Positions 1-8,553 of a DNA stretch of 64,000 nt are shown here, piece by piece; the first letter of the stretch is position 1, and every line of letters starts with the position of its first letter. The notes beneath the pieces were generated by a model. That model saw only the letters and a program-made list of their open reading frames with translations, was not told where the DNA came from and did no database searches. The DNA is from Bacteroidales bacterium UBA3630 (GTDB lineage Bacteria > Bacteroidota > Bacteroidia > Bacteroidales > P3), in the NCBI GenBank assembly GCA_002373995.1, contig DFLB01000026.1, positions 70,127-134,126 on the forward strand, read 5' to 3'. The position numbers and the translations under genes are program-made.

Positions 1-59
1 TTGACGGGCTGCTGGGTCATTTCGACGTATTTCCTCTCTAAACCCTCACCGCTCATTCC

Positions 60-1205
60 CTACTCCACATTCCTGATTATATTGGTATTGCCTTGCGAGT
101 TCAGAAGTATTGCTTTAACGGTATAGGCATGGCCGTTGCGAACGTAGTCTACCTCCACCTCGTCGCCCGGCGAGAAGAGCCCCAGCTCCTCCGTCATCTC
201 GGCAAAGGTATTGACCTCCTTGCCAGCCACACGCACGATAACGTCACCCTGCTGGATGCCGGCACGCTCCGATGCACAATTGGGCACCACCTTCGCCACA
301 TAGAGACCTTTTATGTCGCGGGCACCGGTCTGTTTTGCCAGATTTGCGTTCAACTCAGTCACTTGCACTCCAAGATAGCCACGTTGCACATAGCCATAGC
401 GTTGCAGGTCGCCGGCCACTTTAACCGCAAGGTTCGATGGGATGGCAAACGAGTAGCCGATGTAATTGCCGTTGCCAGAAGCAATGGCGGTAACGATACC
501 TATCAGCTGCGCTTTCGAGTTCACCAATGCGCCTCCACTATTGCCTGAATTAACTGCCGCATCTGTTTGAAGGAACGACTCTAACGGTGTTTCATTGCTG
601 CGAGGATTATCAATAATGTGCATGTTGCGCGCCTTGGCGCTGATGATGCCACTGGTGACGGTAGAGGTGAGGTTGAAGGGGTTGCCGATGGCCAGCACTG
701 GCTCTCCGACCTTCACAAGGTCGCTGTTGCCGAAAGGCAGGTATGTAAGTCCCTCGGCCTCAATCTTGATAACCGCCAAGTCGGTGGCAGGGTCGTTGCC
801 CACCAAACGTGCCGGCAGTTCGCGTCGGTCGTTGAGGGTGACGCTGATGCTCTCGGCATCCTGCACCACATGGTTATTGGTCAGAATGTAACCGTCGGTG
901 GTAACGATAACACCCGAGCCGTATGCATTATACACCTGTTTCTGAACACCTTGCGGGATAATAAAACCGAAGAACGACTGGTAGAGTGGCGTCATCTGTG
1001 TCATCTCGGTCTTGATGTGCACCACAGCGTCGATGGTGGCCGCCGCCACATCGGTGAAGTCGGTGAGTGCCAGCTTCGAAGGGGCGCTTTGCTCCTCGAC
1101 GGAGACCACCGTGGGGCCCTCATGGGGCAACTCCTTATCATTCTGCGCATTGCACGATTGTATCGTCAGCGCAAGCATTATCAGTGAAACCTTCAGTATT
1201 CTCAT
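60..1205 (-). CDS. htrA: HtrA/DegP-family periplasmic serine endopeptidase (trypsin-like domain plus one PDZ)
   Basis: 381-aa ORF. Signal peptide MRILKVSLIMLALTIQSC. Protease motifs TNNHV, DLAVIK and GNSGGALVN. C-terminal PDZ-like segment GLYVAKVVPNCASERAGIQQGDVIV. Confidence 0.85.
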   Translation of the reverse strand: MRILKVSLIMLALTIQSCNAQNDKELPHEGPTVVSVEEQSAPSKLALTDFTDVAAATIDAVVHIKTEMTQMTPLYQSFFGFIIPQGVQKQVYNAYGSGVIVTTDGYILTNNHVVQDAESISVTLNDRRELPARLVGNDPATDLAVIKIEAEGLTYLPFGNSDLVKVGEPVLAIGNPFNLTSTVTSGIISAKARNMHIIDNPRSNETPLESFLQTDAAVNSGNSGGALVNSKAQLIGIVTAIASGNGNYIGYSFAIPSNLAVKVAGDLQRYGYVQRGYLGVQVTELNANLAKQTGARDIKGLYVAKVVPNCASERAGIQQGDVIVRVAGKEVNTFAEMTEELGLFSPGDEVEVDYVRNGHAYTVKAILLNSQGNTNIIRNVE

Positions 1206-1274
1206 GTTCTATGTTTTTTCCCCAATTAACGTCCGACGGTTGCAATTATTGTACTCGCTTGCAAAAAGATTATG

Positions 1275-1282
1275 TATCTTTG
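1275..1282 (+). promoter_or_regulatory. Bacteroidota-type -7 promoter box (TATCTTTG, consensus TAnnTTTG)
   Basis: The box ends 48 nt upstream of the ATG at 1330. Confidence 0.5.
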
Positions 1283-1329
1283 CAAGACGGAACTAAAGGT
1301 GCAAGTGCACCTTAAAATATTATGCTACA

Positions 1330-2043
1330 GTGAGTAATGGACGTTTGATACTTTTCCCCGTGCCCATCGGGGCCGAGGATATTGCCTATTCGTTGCCTGC
1401 CGTCAACGTCGAGTTGCTGGCCACGTGCCACACCTTTATCGTCGAGGAACTGCGCTCGGCACGCCGTTTCCTGAAGAAGGCCGGCTATCCACACCCCATC
1501 GACGACACTGTGTTTCTGGAGCTTAACGAGCATACCACCCACGATGACGTGGGTCATTACCTCGATGCCATCGAGCGTGGCGAGAACATAGGCCTGCTCA
1601 GCGAGGCGGGGCTGCCCTGCGTGGCCGACCCGGGGGCGATGATCACCAAGATAGCGCAGCAGCGCAGCATCGAGGTGGTGCCGCTGGTGGGGCCGTCGTC
1701 TCTGATGTTGGCGCTGATGGCCAGCGGGTTGAACGGCCAGCGTTTCGCCTTCAACGGCTATCTGCCCGTAGACCGCTCGGCGCGTGCCGCGGCCATCCGC
1801 CGATTGGAAGAGCGTGTGCGCCATAGTCATGAAACCCAGCTTTTTATCGAAGCCCCTTACCGCAACAACCAGATGCTGGAGGCCCTCGTTTCCGCTCTGC
1901 AACCTCAGATGCTGGTCTGTGTGGCCTGCGACCTGACGCTGCCCACGCAGTACATCCGCACTTTGCCCTGCAGCAAGTGGAAGGTGGCAAGAGAAAAGAT
2001 AGACCTCCACAAACGCAACACCGTGTTCCTGATTGGCGAATGA
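1330..2043 (+). CDS. SAM-dependent methyltransferase, tetrapyrrole-methylase fold (RsmI/YraL-like)
   Basis: 237-aa ORF. The LLSEAGLPCVADPG segment resembles the RsmI-type SAM pocket. A promoter box lies upstream. Confidence 0.7.
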   Translation: MSNGRLILFPVPIGAEDIAYSLPAVNVELLATCHTFIVEELRSARRFLKKAGYPHPIDDTVFLELNEHTTHDDVGHYLDAIERGENIGLLSEAGLPCVADPGAMITKIAQQRSIEVVPLVGPSSLMLALMASGLNGQRFAFNGYLPVDRSARAAAIRRLEERVRHSHETQLFIEAPYRNNQMLEALVSALQPQMLVCVACDLTLPTQYIRTLPCSKWKVAREKIDLHKRNTVFLIGE

Positions 2044-2222
2044 GCTATTGCCATTATTTAAACGGTAGATAATCAGCATTATCTGTATTCTTCCTCCGCA
2101 CCACCTCCGCACTTGGTCCGTACTTCCTCCGTACCAAGTCCGCAAAATTGCGGTGTGAGAACGGTGAGCGACCTTACCACGGCCGCCTGTCTCGTCAGCA
2201 TCGAGTCAAGGAAGCGGTTGCG

Positions 2223-2711
2223 TTACAGCGGCAGTTGGTAGTAGACGCAGTCGCTGTCGCGGTAGAACTCGCGGGCGCCCCACCGTTGCCAGTACTGGTG
2301 AGTCTTCAGGCGGTGGAGCACGGGGATGAAGACGAAGTCATAGTTGGCCTTCAGCTCCGGCATAATGCTCATAATCATGTCGTAGTTGAGGCGCGTGCCA
2401 CGGTATTCGGGCGCCACGATGAAGGAGAAGACGGCGGTGTAGCGGCGGGCGTTCATGGCGGCCAGCAGCTCCGGCTTCTCGCGGGCGATGAGGGGCGTCT
2501 CCTCCTCGATGCGGTAGTCACTCATGTTGAGCAACCCTATCACATTTCCACTTTCCACTGCCTTGACGCTCAACGGCCAGTTGAAGTGCAGGTCCCTCAC
2601 CCACCCTTCCACCTCGGCGCGGTCGAAGCCGTACTGCCGCACCATCCAGTCGACGGTCAACGGCGCATCGGCGGCTGTCATCCTTTGGAGAGTGTAGTCA
2701 TGCTTGCACAT
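2223..2711 (-). CDS. GNAT-like acetyltransferase (tentative)
   Basis: 162-aa ORF. The segment FIVAPEYRGTRLNYDMI resembles a GNAT acetyl-CoA motif. Codon usage matches the flanking genes. Confidence 0.45.
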   Translation of the reverse strand: MCKHDYTLQRMTAADAPLTVDWMVRQYGFDRAEVEGWVRDLHFNWPLSVKAVESGNVIGLLNMSDYRIEEETPLIAREKPELLAAMNARRYTAVFSFIVAPEYRGTRLNYDMIMSIMPELKANYDFVFIPVLHRLKTHQYWQRWGAREFYRDSDCVYYQLPL

Positions 2712-2744
2712 TTGTCTTATCTACTTAACTACTTATCTACTTAA

Positions 2745-3644
2745 CTACTGAATAGAAACGACGTTATAAGTCAACAGTATTTCAGGATGATACGACAGTT
2801 TGGCCTTCCGTAGGCCTTCGAGGCCCATGTCCTCCTCGCGGTTCACGTAGACATATTGTTCGGGCAGATGGGCACAGAACTGCTGGTTGATGACGGAGAA
2901 GAGGCCGTCGATATTGCGGTCGGCCTTCTCCACGCAGACGTCGATGCAGTCGTCGGTGACGGCGGCGCCGTAGGTGAAGGCCACCATGCGGCCGTCGAGC
3001 CAGATGCTGCCGCCCATCATGCTCAACTCGTCCCAATGGGCGAAGACGGTCTCCATGACGCGCTGTTCGGCCAGAATGGTGTCGCCGTATTCGGGGTTCA
3101 CATCTCCCCTTTCCTCGCGCCAGAGTATCTCCAGGCGGCGGCACTCGTCGAACATGGATGGTTCAAGGGGACGGTACTCGAAATCAGGATGCTCCGATAG
3201 GAACTTATTGACGTGGTTGCGCTTGGCCTTGAGCTTGCCGCCGGCCAACGAGTCCAGGTCGGCCCGGCGGTAGATGTAGTCGTACTGGTTGCGCTGGGGT
3301 TCGACGGTAATGTTGATTCCCTTGCTGCAAGCGTTCTGCTGCAGCTGGAGCGCCGCCTCGTCCTCGAGGCCGAGCAGCGTCATGCGTCCGCCGCAGTCGT
3401 CGCAGATGGCCTGCAGCAGGTCGCAACACGGCGTCCCGGCCATGCAAAGCATGTAGGTCCGCTCGCCGTCGAGCGTGAAACGCAGCACCACGGCATCGGG
3501 CAGGATGCACACTTCGGTGCGGAACCAGAACTGCCAGCCGACGAGGTTGGCGAAGGTGAAGTTGCAGTTACGCCGCCCGCTGCGGAGGCTGACGGCCTGG
3601 TATGCTTCGCGGTCGGCGATGGTGAGGGTGTGAAATTTCAGCAT
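2745..3644 (-). CDS. DUF2156-family protein (lysyl-PG synthase C-terminal-like fold)
   Basis: 299-aa ORF with family-typical strings RRNCNFTFANLVGWQFW, KAKRNHVNKF and NREEDMGLEGLRKAKLSYHP. Confidence 0.65.
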   Translation of the reverse strand: MLKFHTLTIADREAYQAVSLRSGRRNCNFTFANLVGWQFWFRTEVCILPDAVVLRFTLDGERTYMLCMAGTPCCDLLQAICDDCGGRMTLLGLEDEAALQLQQNACSKGINITVEPQRNQYDYIYRRADLDSLAGGKLKAKRNHVNKFLSEHPDFEYRPLEPSMFDECRRLEILWREERGDVNPEYGDTILAEQRVMETVFAHWDELSMMGGSIWLDGRMVAFTYGAAVTDDCIDVCVEKADRNIDGLFSVINQQFCAHLPEQYVYVNREEDMGLEGLRKAKLSYHPEILLTYNVVSIQ

Positions 3645-3928
3645 AATGTAGGTGTTATGATTACGTCGACCATGTCGCCGAAGGACTTTTCTATCGCCGC
3701 GCGGACGGCCTTAGTGATGCCGATGATGTAGCAGGTATTGCCGTCGGCGTCCTTGACACCCATATTGACTACGCTGCCGCTATAGGGCACGCCGTCGAAG
3801 GTGGCCTCCACCTTCAGCCGTCCCACACCATATTCCTTGCGTATGTCAATAGGTACAACGATATACCCGGCATCCATGTCGCCACTTTGCTCGATGGTGG
3901 CTGCGAACTGGTGGAACATGGCTACCAA
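3638..3928 (-). CDS. DUF1905-family small protein
   Basis: 96-aa ORF. VPIDIRKEYGVGRLKVEATFDGVPYSGSVVNMG matches the DUF1905 pattern. It overlaps its neighbours by a few nt, which looks operon-like. Confidence 0.6.
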   Translation of the reverse strand: MVAMFHQFAATIEQSGDMDAGYIVVPIDIRKEYGVGRLKVEATFDGVPYSGSVVNMGVKDADGNTCYIIGITKAVRAAIEKSFGDMVDVIITPTLC

Positions 3929-4767
3929 GGCTTATGTTTGCTCATATATTCGTCACGGATTTCCTTGCCGAAGGCATCCGCGCCCACGGCGCCGCCACCG
4001 TACTGGAAAACAACGCGCTCGTTGTAAGGAATCAGCTCCATCCATTCCATTGCGCAGGCTTTCTCTTCGTCGCTCATGGCAGTGTCGTATATTATGTAGT
4101 CGTACTTGCCGAAACCGACGCGGCGAAACCACACCTCGACCTTGTGCGGCGTGGTACGCGAAGCTTCGATACCGATGCACCCCGATTCCTGCAGCCTCTT
4201 ATGGATGCCGTCAAATTCTTCTTCTGTCAGGCCGACAACCTGCATCAGCGAGTCCTGCTTGCTGCGTGCATCTTCGTACCAGTAGTGGGCGTAGCAGCCA
4301 CCTGTGGGTTGCACAGCCGTGTCGTTGACATCGACGGTATTGCTGTTGAGTGGGTGGCAAATGTGGAACATCGACAGCTTACCCTTTTCCCATTCAAGTG
4401 TGACACCGCAGCTGTCGTCGAGGGCGTTGAGGGCATAGCTGCACAGCTCGTCCAGCTCTTCGGCGTGCTTCTCGTAGTGCTTCTCCATAATATCGGGGTT
4501 GCAGCTCTGCTGTGGGACACCGAAGATGATGTATGCTGCCAGCAGCAGCGCGTTGAACGCGCCATAAAACACGATAACCTTCTTTCCAACGGTGTTCATC
4601 TCCAGCGACATGAGGAAGAACACAATGGCTGCGATTGCTATGGGGACGGTAATCCACCAGATAATAAGGGCAAGCCAGAACGCCATAAAGTCGTCGTACC
4701 AGAAAGCCACAATCCCAGCGGTGACCACCACTGACGGCAACAATTTCAGTATGTCAGTCCACTTCAT
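3922..4767 (-). CDS. Membrane protein of unknown function (three N-terminal TM helices plus a soluble domain)
   Basis: 281-aa ORF. Hydrophobic N-terminal third, for example WLALIIWWITVPIAIAAIVFFLM. No family recognised. Confidence 0.5.
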   Translation of the reverse strand: MKWTDILKLLPSVVVTAGIVAFWYDDFMAFWLALIIWWITVPIAIAAIVFFLMSLEMNTVGKKVIVFYGAFNALLLAAYIIFGVPQQSCNPDIMEKHYEKHAEELDELCSYALNALDDSCGVTLEWEKGKLSMFHICHPLNSNTVDVNDTAVQPTGGCYAHYWYEDARSKQDSLMQVVGLTEEEFDGIHKRLQESGCIGIEASRTTPHKVEVWFRRVGFGKYDYIIYDTAMSDEEKACAMEWMELIPYNERVVFQYGGGAVGADAFGKEIRDEYMSKHKPW

Positions 4768-5720
4768 ATCATTTTAAGGTAGCCCACTTCCTTCTCAGTC
4801 AGTTCACGCCAGCGGCCACGTGGGAGGTCCTTCTTGGTGAGGCCGGCGAAGACGGTGCGGTCGAGCTTGTGCACCTCGTAGCCAAGGGCCTCGAAGAGGC
4901 GGCGCACGATGCGGTTGCGGCCGCTGTGCAGCTCGACGCCGACGACGCGCTTGTCGATGGTGCCTCCGGTGGCGGCATACTGTATGTCGTCCACATGCAT
5001 CGGGCCGTCTTCCAGCTCGATGCCTTCCAGGAGCTTCTTCATGTCCTCCTTGGTGACGGGCTTGTTGAGCTCCACCTGGTATATCTTGTAGACCTGCGTG
5101 CTGGGGTGCGTGAGTTTCTTGGCCAGCTCGCCGTCGTTGGTGAAGAGCAGCAGGCCGGTGGTGGCGCGGTCCAGTCGGCCGACGGGATAGATGCGCTCGG
5201 CACAGCAGCCGTCCATGAGCATCATCACGGTGCGGCGCTCCTGCGGGTCGTCGGTGGTGGTGATGAAGCCTTTGGGTTTGTTGAGCAGGAAGTAGCGCAG
5301 GCGCTCGCTGCGGAGCTTCTCGCCGCCGTACTGCACCTCGTCGCCGGGCATGACCATGTAGCCCATCTCGGTGACCACCTTGCCGTTCACCTTCACGCTG
5401 CCTGCGGCGATGAGTTCGTCGGCCTCGCGGCGCGAGCAGATGCCGGCATGGGCGATGTACTTGTTCAGGCGCATCGAGCCCTCGGGGTGCTCCTGCTTGG
5501 GCTTCTGCTTAATGGGCTTCGCTCCCATTCGGTCGCGTTGCCCACCAGCAGGCTTGCGGCCCGCAGGACGCGTGCCGCGCACCAGACGGTCGTAGGTTTT
5601 TCCATCGCCCCTATGAAGCTTTTCAGTCTTGGCCTCCTCGCTCTGGCGAGGCTTGCCGACTCTTTGACTCTTCGGCTCTTTGTCTTTTTGACCCTTAATT
5701 TTGTTGTCTTTCTTTATCAT
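4764..5720 (-). CDS. rluB: RluB/RsuA-family rRNA pseudouridine synthase with S4 domain and a basic N-terminal extension
   Basis: S4 motif MRLNKYIAHAGICSRREADELI. Catalytic-region motif YPVGRLDRATTGLLLFTNDG. Confidence 0.85.
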   Translation of the reverse strand: MIKKDNKIKGQKDKEPKSQRVGKPRQSEEAKTEKLHRGDGKTYDRLVRGTRPAGRKPAGGQRDRMGAKPIKQKPKQEHPEGSMRLNKYIAHAGICSRREADELIAAGSVKVNGKVVTEMGYMVMPGDEVQYGGEKLRSERLRYFLLNKPKGFITTTDDPQERRTVMMLMDGCCAERIYPVGRLDRATTGLLLFTNDGELAKKLTHPSTQVYKIYQVELNKPVTKEDMKKLLEGIELEDGPMHVDDIQYAATGGTIDKRVVGVELHSGRNRIVRRLFEALGYEVHKLDRTVFAGLTKKDLPRGRWRELTEKEVGYLKMI

Positions 5721-6189
5721 GTTCTTGTTGTTTTTTCCACTCGGTCAGTTCTTCGGCGGCGCGCACGTGTCCGCCGAAGTGCATCACGTAGGGCCAGGCG
5801 TACTCTTTTTCCTGATAGATGAGGAATTTCTCCGTCTCGCGGGCCAGCATGAGAAATATTTCAAGCTTGTTGGCGTAGAGCCATTTCACCGCCTGTTCGT
5901 TGCGTTTCGCGGCGAGGGCGTACATCATGTTCACCTTGGTGAGGTTGCGCTGCACCCACGCTATGGCCTTCTCGTCGCCGTCGCAGGCGTTGCTGAGGAT
6001 GGCCAGCCAGGCGAATTTGTGCTTGAAGAGCCACACCATCGCGTCGTCGTCGCCGCGGATGGCGTTGCTGAAGGCCGCCAGCTCGGGGTGCGGCCCCTGG
6101 ACGAGCACCTTGAAGAAATCGGTCCGCCCGCCGACACTCTTGACGAGCGCCAGCAACAGCTTCACATCATATTGCTCCAAGCCTTTCAT
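5695..6189 (-). CDS. Hypothetical helical-repeat protein
   Basis: 164-aa ORF with repeated A..WL helices (MVWLFKHKFAWL, AIAWVQRNL, AVKWLYANKL). No family recognised. Confidence 0.45.
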   Translation of the reverse strand: MKGLEQYDVKLLLALVKSVGGRTDFFKVLVQGPHPELAAFSNAIRGDDDAMVWLFKHKFAWLAILSNACDGDEKAIAWVQRNLTKVNMMYALAAKRNEQAVKWLYANKLEIFLMLARETEKFLIYQEKEYAWPYVMHFGGHVRAAEELTEWKKQQEHDKERQQN

Positions 6190-6276
6190 GCGTTAAATTA
6201 ACGTAACGTCCTCCGTATTATTGTCTAAAAATCATCCCCTGCGCAAAATAAATTTTGCCACCTCGCAGAATTGTCG

Positions 6277-6284
6277 TATCTTTG
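6277..6284 (+). promoter_or_regulatory. Strong Bacteroidota promoter (-33 TTTG at 6254-6257, -7 TATCTTTG)
   Basis: Both boxes are present with about 20-nt spacing. The promoter points into a 260-nt non-coding stretch. Confidence 0.6.
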
Positions 6285-6289
6285 CACCC

Positions 6290-6480
6290 GATTTCAACAG
6301 TGAAATCACCGAAGCGTTATACGCGTTCTGTGCAAAGGAACCTAGGAAATTCCATCGTGAAACAGAATCAGTGTAATGGGCTTCGCTGTTTTAGCGTGGG
6401 CTTATTGCATCTTCTTTTCACAAGGTTATTCCTAGGACCTCTTTGCAGGAAGCGGCATACGGCGCCACGCTTCTTTTATT
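6290..6480 (+). ncRNA. Candidate structured small RNA (long imperfect rod, 6S-like architecture); identity unproven
   Basis: It starts just after the promoter above. The 5' arm 6311-6350 pairs with the 3' arm 6430-6473 (GAAGCGT/ACGCTTC, TGCAAAG/CTTTGCA, CCTAGGAA/TTCCTAGG). There is an apical hairpin CGCT-GTTTT-AGCG and a T-run at 6474-6480. Confidence 0.35.
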
Positions 6481-6552
6481 ATTAATGCCCGACGCGGCGC
6501 GGGAGAGCGGAAAAACTGACGAGGCAACAGTATAAAACAGCCGTATAAACTA

Positions 6553-7158
6553 ATGAAAAACATAAAGATTTTATGCCTACTGGTAGCAGTTACATTTTCT
6601 ACCATCGCTTTAGCAAACCAGCCTACCGCAAGTAATGTTGGCCACAAAATCAATGGTTACAAGTATCTCTGTATGGAAAATCAAGGAAACAAGTATGACC
6701 TTGAAGACAAATTTAACTCATTCTTTGCAAGTATTGGTTTTACCATTCTTTCTGAAGATGACGAAGAGGAACTTGTCGAAAGTGAGAAGAAATATGTTTT
6801 GTATGGAACATATGAACACAATGCTGTTCCAGATGCACTTAATAATACCACATTGACATTAAGAAATAAGGATGGGAAAATTGTATTTAGTTCAACAAAA
6901 GAATCAGCATGTTTCATCAGCGTAAAAAGTTGTGCAAATAAAGGATCCGATAAAATAATCAATGAAATAAAAGCATTAAACTATTCTTTTGACCCCACAC
7001 TCGTAGACAAGAAAAAGAAAAGTGAAACTGATAGTCCCCAAGAACCCGCAAAAGTGGAAAAGATAAAACTTGCTCGTCAAATGAAAGCCGACGGAATGGC
7101 TACTGAACAAATCGAGAAGTACACGGGACTGACGTCAGAAGAAATTGATAAACTATAA
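6553..7158 (+). CDS. Secreted hypothetical protein in an AT-rich islet
   Basis: 201-aa ORF. Signal peptide MKNIKILCLLVAVTFSTIALA. C-terminal helix-turn-helix-like tail KADGMATEQIEKYTGLTSEEIDKL. Composition is markedly AT-rich compared with the flanks. Confidence 0.5.
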   Translation: MKNIKILCLLVAVTFSTIALANQPTASNVGHKINGYKYLCMENQGNKYDLEDKFNSFFASIGFTILSEDDEEELVESEKKYVLYGTYEHNAVPDALNNTTLTLRNKDGKIVFSSTKESACFISVKSCANKGSDKIINEIKALNYSFDPTLVDKKKKSETDSPQEPAKVEKIKLARQMKADGMATEQIEKYTGLTSEEIDKL

Positions 7159-7162
7159 AGCA

Positions 7163-7651
7163 ATGAGAGAAGATAAGAAATGGTTGTTTATATTACTAAT
7201 ATTGGCATCCATGCTTGCATGCAACAACTCTTCTGCCCAAGATAATGACAAGTGGAATCTTTCAGGCAAGGGGTACACAAGGGGTAGCGGCTTTGTAATC
7301 CGTCCAGAACTATACAGCGGACTATTCGCCACATTTGGCTACCAAATCAACCCTTATGTGCAACTCTCCGGTGGATTTGGTTTTGGTCTCGATGCTTATG
7401 GCGGATTCATCACTTCGCTTGGAGTACGAACTTATACATCGGATGCAAATTGGGCTGCAATGTTCGACTATCATATTGGGTTTATCAGTATTCAAGGACT
7501 AAATCTAACAAGGCATACCATTGTAGGTGGTGCAAGTTACAAAGATTTCGACTTTGGTGCAGGATTGATGTATATAACCGATGGATATGACAGCGGCATC
7601 GGCTTGTCAATAACACTTGGTTACAATATTAGATGTTATAAACATAGATAA
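7163..7651 (+). CDS. Small lipoprotein/outer-membrane beta-barrel-like protein (hypothetical)
   Basis: Start chosen at MREDKKWLFILLILASMLACNN (lipobox). Gly/aromatic-rich alternating segments. Followed by a terminator. Confidence 0.45.
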   Translation: MREDKKWLFILLILASMLACNNSSAQDNDKWNLSGKGYTRGSGFVIRPELYSGLFATFGYQINPYVQLSGGFGFGLDAYGGFITSLGVRTYTSDANWAAMFDYHIGFISIQGLNLTRHTIVGGASYKDFDFGAGLMYITDGYDSGIGLSITLGYNIRCYKHR

Positions 7652-7655
7652 AACA

Positions 7656-7688
7656 GAAGGCGGCTACAGATATGCCGCCTTCCTTTTA
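7656..7688. terminator. Bidirectional intrinsic terminator hairpin
   Basis: GAAGGCGGC-9 nt loop-GCCGCCTTC followed by CTTTT. It lies between convergent genes. Confidence 0.6.
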
Positions 7689-8045
7689 CCAAAAAACCAT
7701 CATAAATCCCCCCTGTCGATATTTATTATCCGTAGTCACGATATTTTTATACTTACTATATTTACCGCCACATAACGGAAGAACATATCCATGGCCAGAA
7801 ATAGCACCACTTTCTTCTAAACTCTTGGCATATAAATTAAGAGCATAAATTATCTCTGTACCATCAATTGGATGGTCAACATGGATGACAATTCCCTGCT
7901 GTTTATCATACGGAGTAAGCATAGTATGCATAAAAAGGCCATCAAATCCACTTACATGATTTTTTTCATTGACCATCTTTTCATTTGTAATGAAAACCAT
8001 TAATGTTGTTTTTTTCATTGTTTGAAATAATATTTGTTTAACCAT
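7686..8045 (-). CDS. Hypothetical protein (AT-rich islet)
   Basis: 119-aa ORF preceded by a minus-strand TAnnTTTG box. No recognisable family. The start could instead be the internal MKKTTL. Confidence 0.35.
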   Translation of the reverse strand: MVKQILFQTMKKTTLMVFITNEKMVNEKNHVSGFDGLFMHTMLTPYDKQQGIVIHVDHPIDGTEIIYALNLYAKSLEESGAISGHGYVLPLCGGKYSKYKNIVTTDNKYRQGGFMMVFW

Positions 8046-8088
8046 TATTTATAACATCAGTCAGAGTATGAGTCCGTAACTGACCATG

Positions 8089-8096
8089 CAAAAATA
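8089..8096 (-). promoter_or_regulatory. -7 box TATTTTTG (minus strand)
   Basis: The plus strand reads CAAAAATA. It lies 44 nt upstream of the ORF start at 8045. Confidence 0.4.
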
Positions 8097-8166
8097 CTTT
8101 TTTTTAAATATATGGGGAAATATTGAGTATAAAATAAACAAATATATTTGTTCAATCGATTTTAAA

Positions 8167-8330
8167 AACGGCTAAAATGAGTGTCACAAGGCCCAAACGA
8201 TTTTGGAAACGGCTAAAATGAGTGTCGCAAGGCCCAAACGATTTTGAAAACGGACAAAATGAGTGTCGCAAAGGCCAAACGATTTTGAAAACGGCAAAAA
8301 AGAGTGTCGCAAGGCTGTTTCAAAATTAAA
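8167..8330. repeat. Tandem repeat, four units of about 41 bp (AACGGCTAAAATGAGTGTCGCAAGGCCCAAACGATTTTGAA)
   Basis: Direct reading shows units at 8167-8207, 8208-8248 and 8249-8289, plus a degenerate fourth unit at 8290-8330. Confidence 0.85.
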
Positions 8331-8354
8331 ACACGGTTTCGCAGCTTGCGACAG

Positions 8355-8550
8355 GAGCCCCGTAGGGGCGACATTATTTAGCCGTGGGCGTAAGCCCACG
8401 GAATGAAATCGAGAAAACACTTTGAGCCCCGTAGGGGCGGCACATTCCAACGATGGTTATTGTGTCGCCCCTACGGGGCTCAGCTGTTTGGTTTATTGTC
8501 TACCATGGGCTCACGCCCACGGCTAACATCTGTCGCCCCTACGGGGCTCT
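8355..8550. repeat. Nested inverted repeats built from the GC-rich palindromes GAGCCCCGTAGGGGCGAC and CCGTGGGCGTAAGCCCACGG (REP/MITE-like)
   Basis: A 47-bp module at 8355-8401 recurs inverted at 8504-8550. An inner inverted pair lies at 8424-8440 and 8464-8481. Confidence 0.8.
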
Positions 8551-8553
8551 ACG

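Noticed and set aside
1-59. A possible 5' end of a minus-strand gene (ATG at 18-20, reading MTQQPV leftwards)
   Set aside because: Only six codons fall inside the window, which is too little to support a call.
2091-2145. CTCCGC/GGTCCG word repeats between the convergent genes at 2043 and 2223, as a distinct element
   Set aside because: They are short and imperfect. The sequence is adequately explained as a terminator region with small hairpins (ACTTGGT...ACCAAGT and CCGCAAAATTGCGG). The resemblance to 33300-33340 is too weak to call a family by eye.
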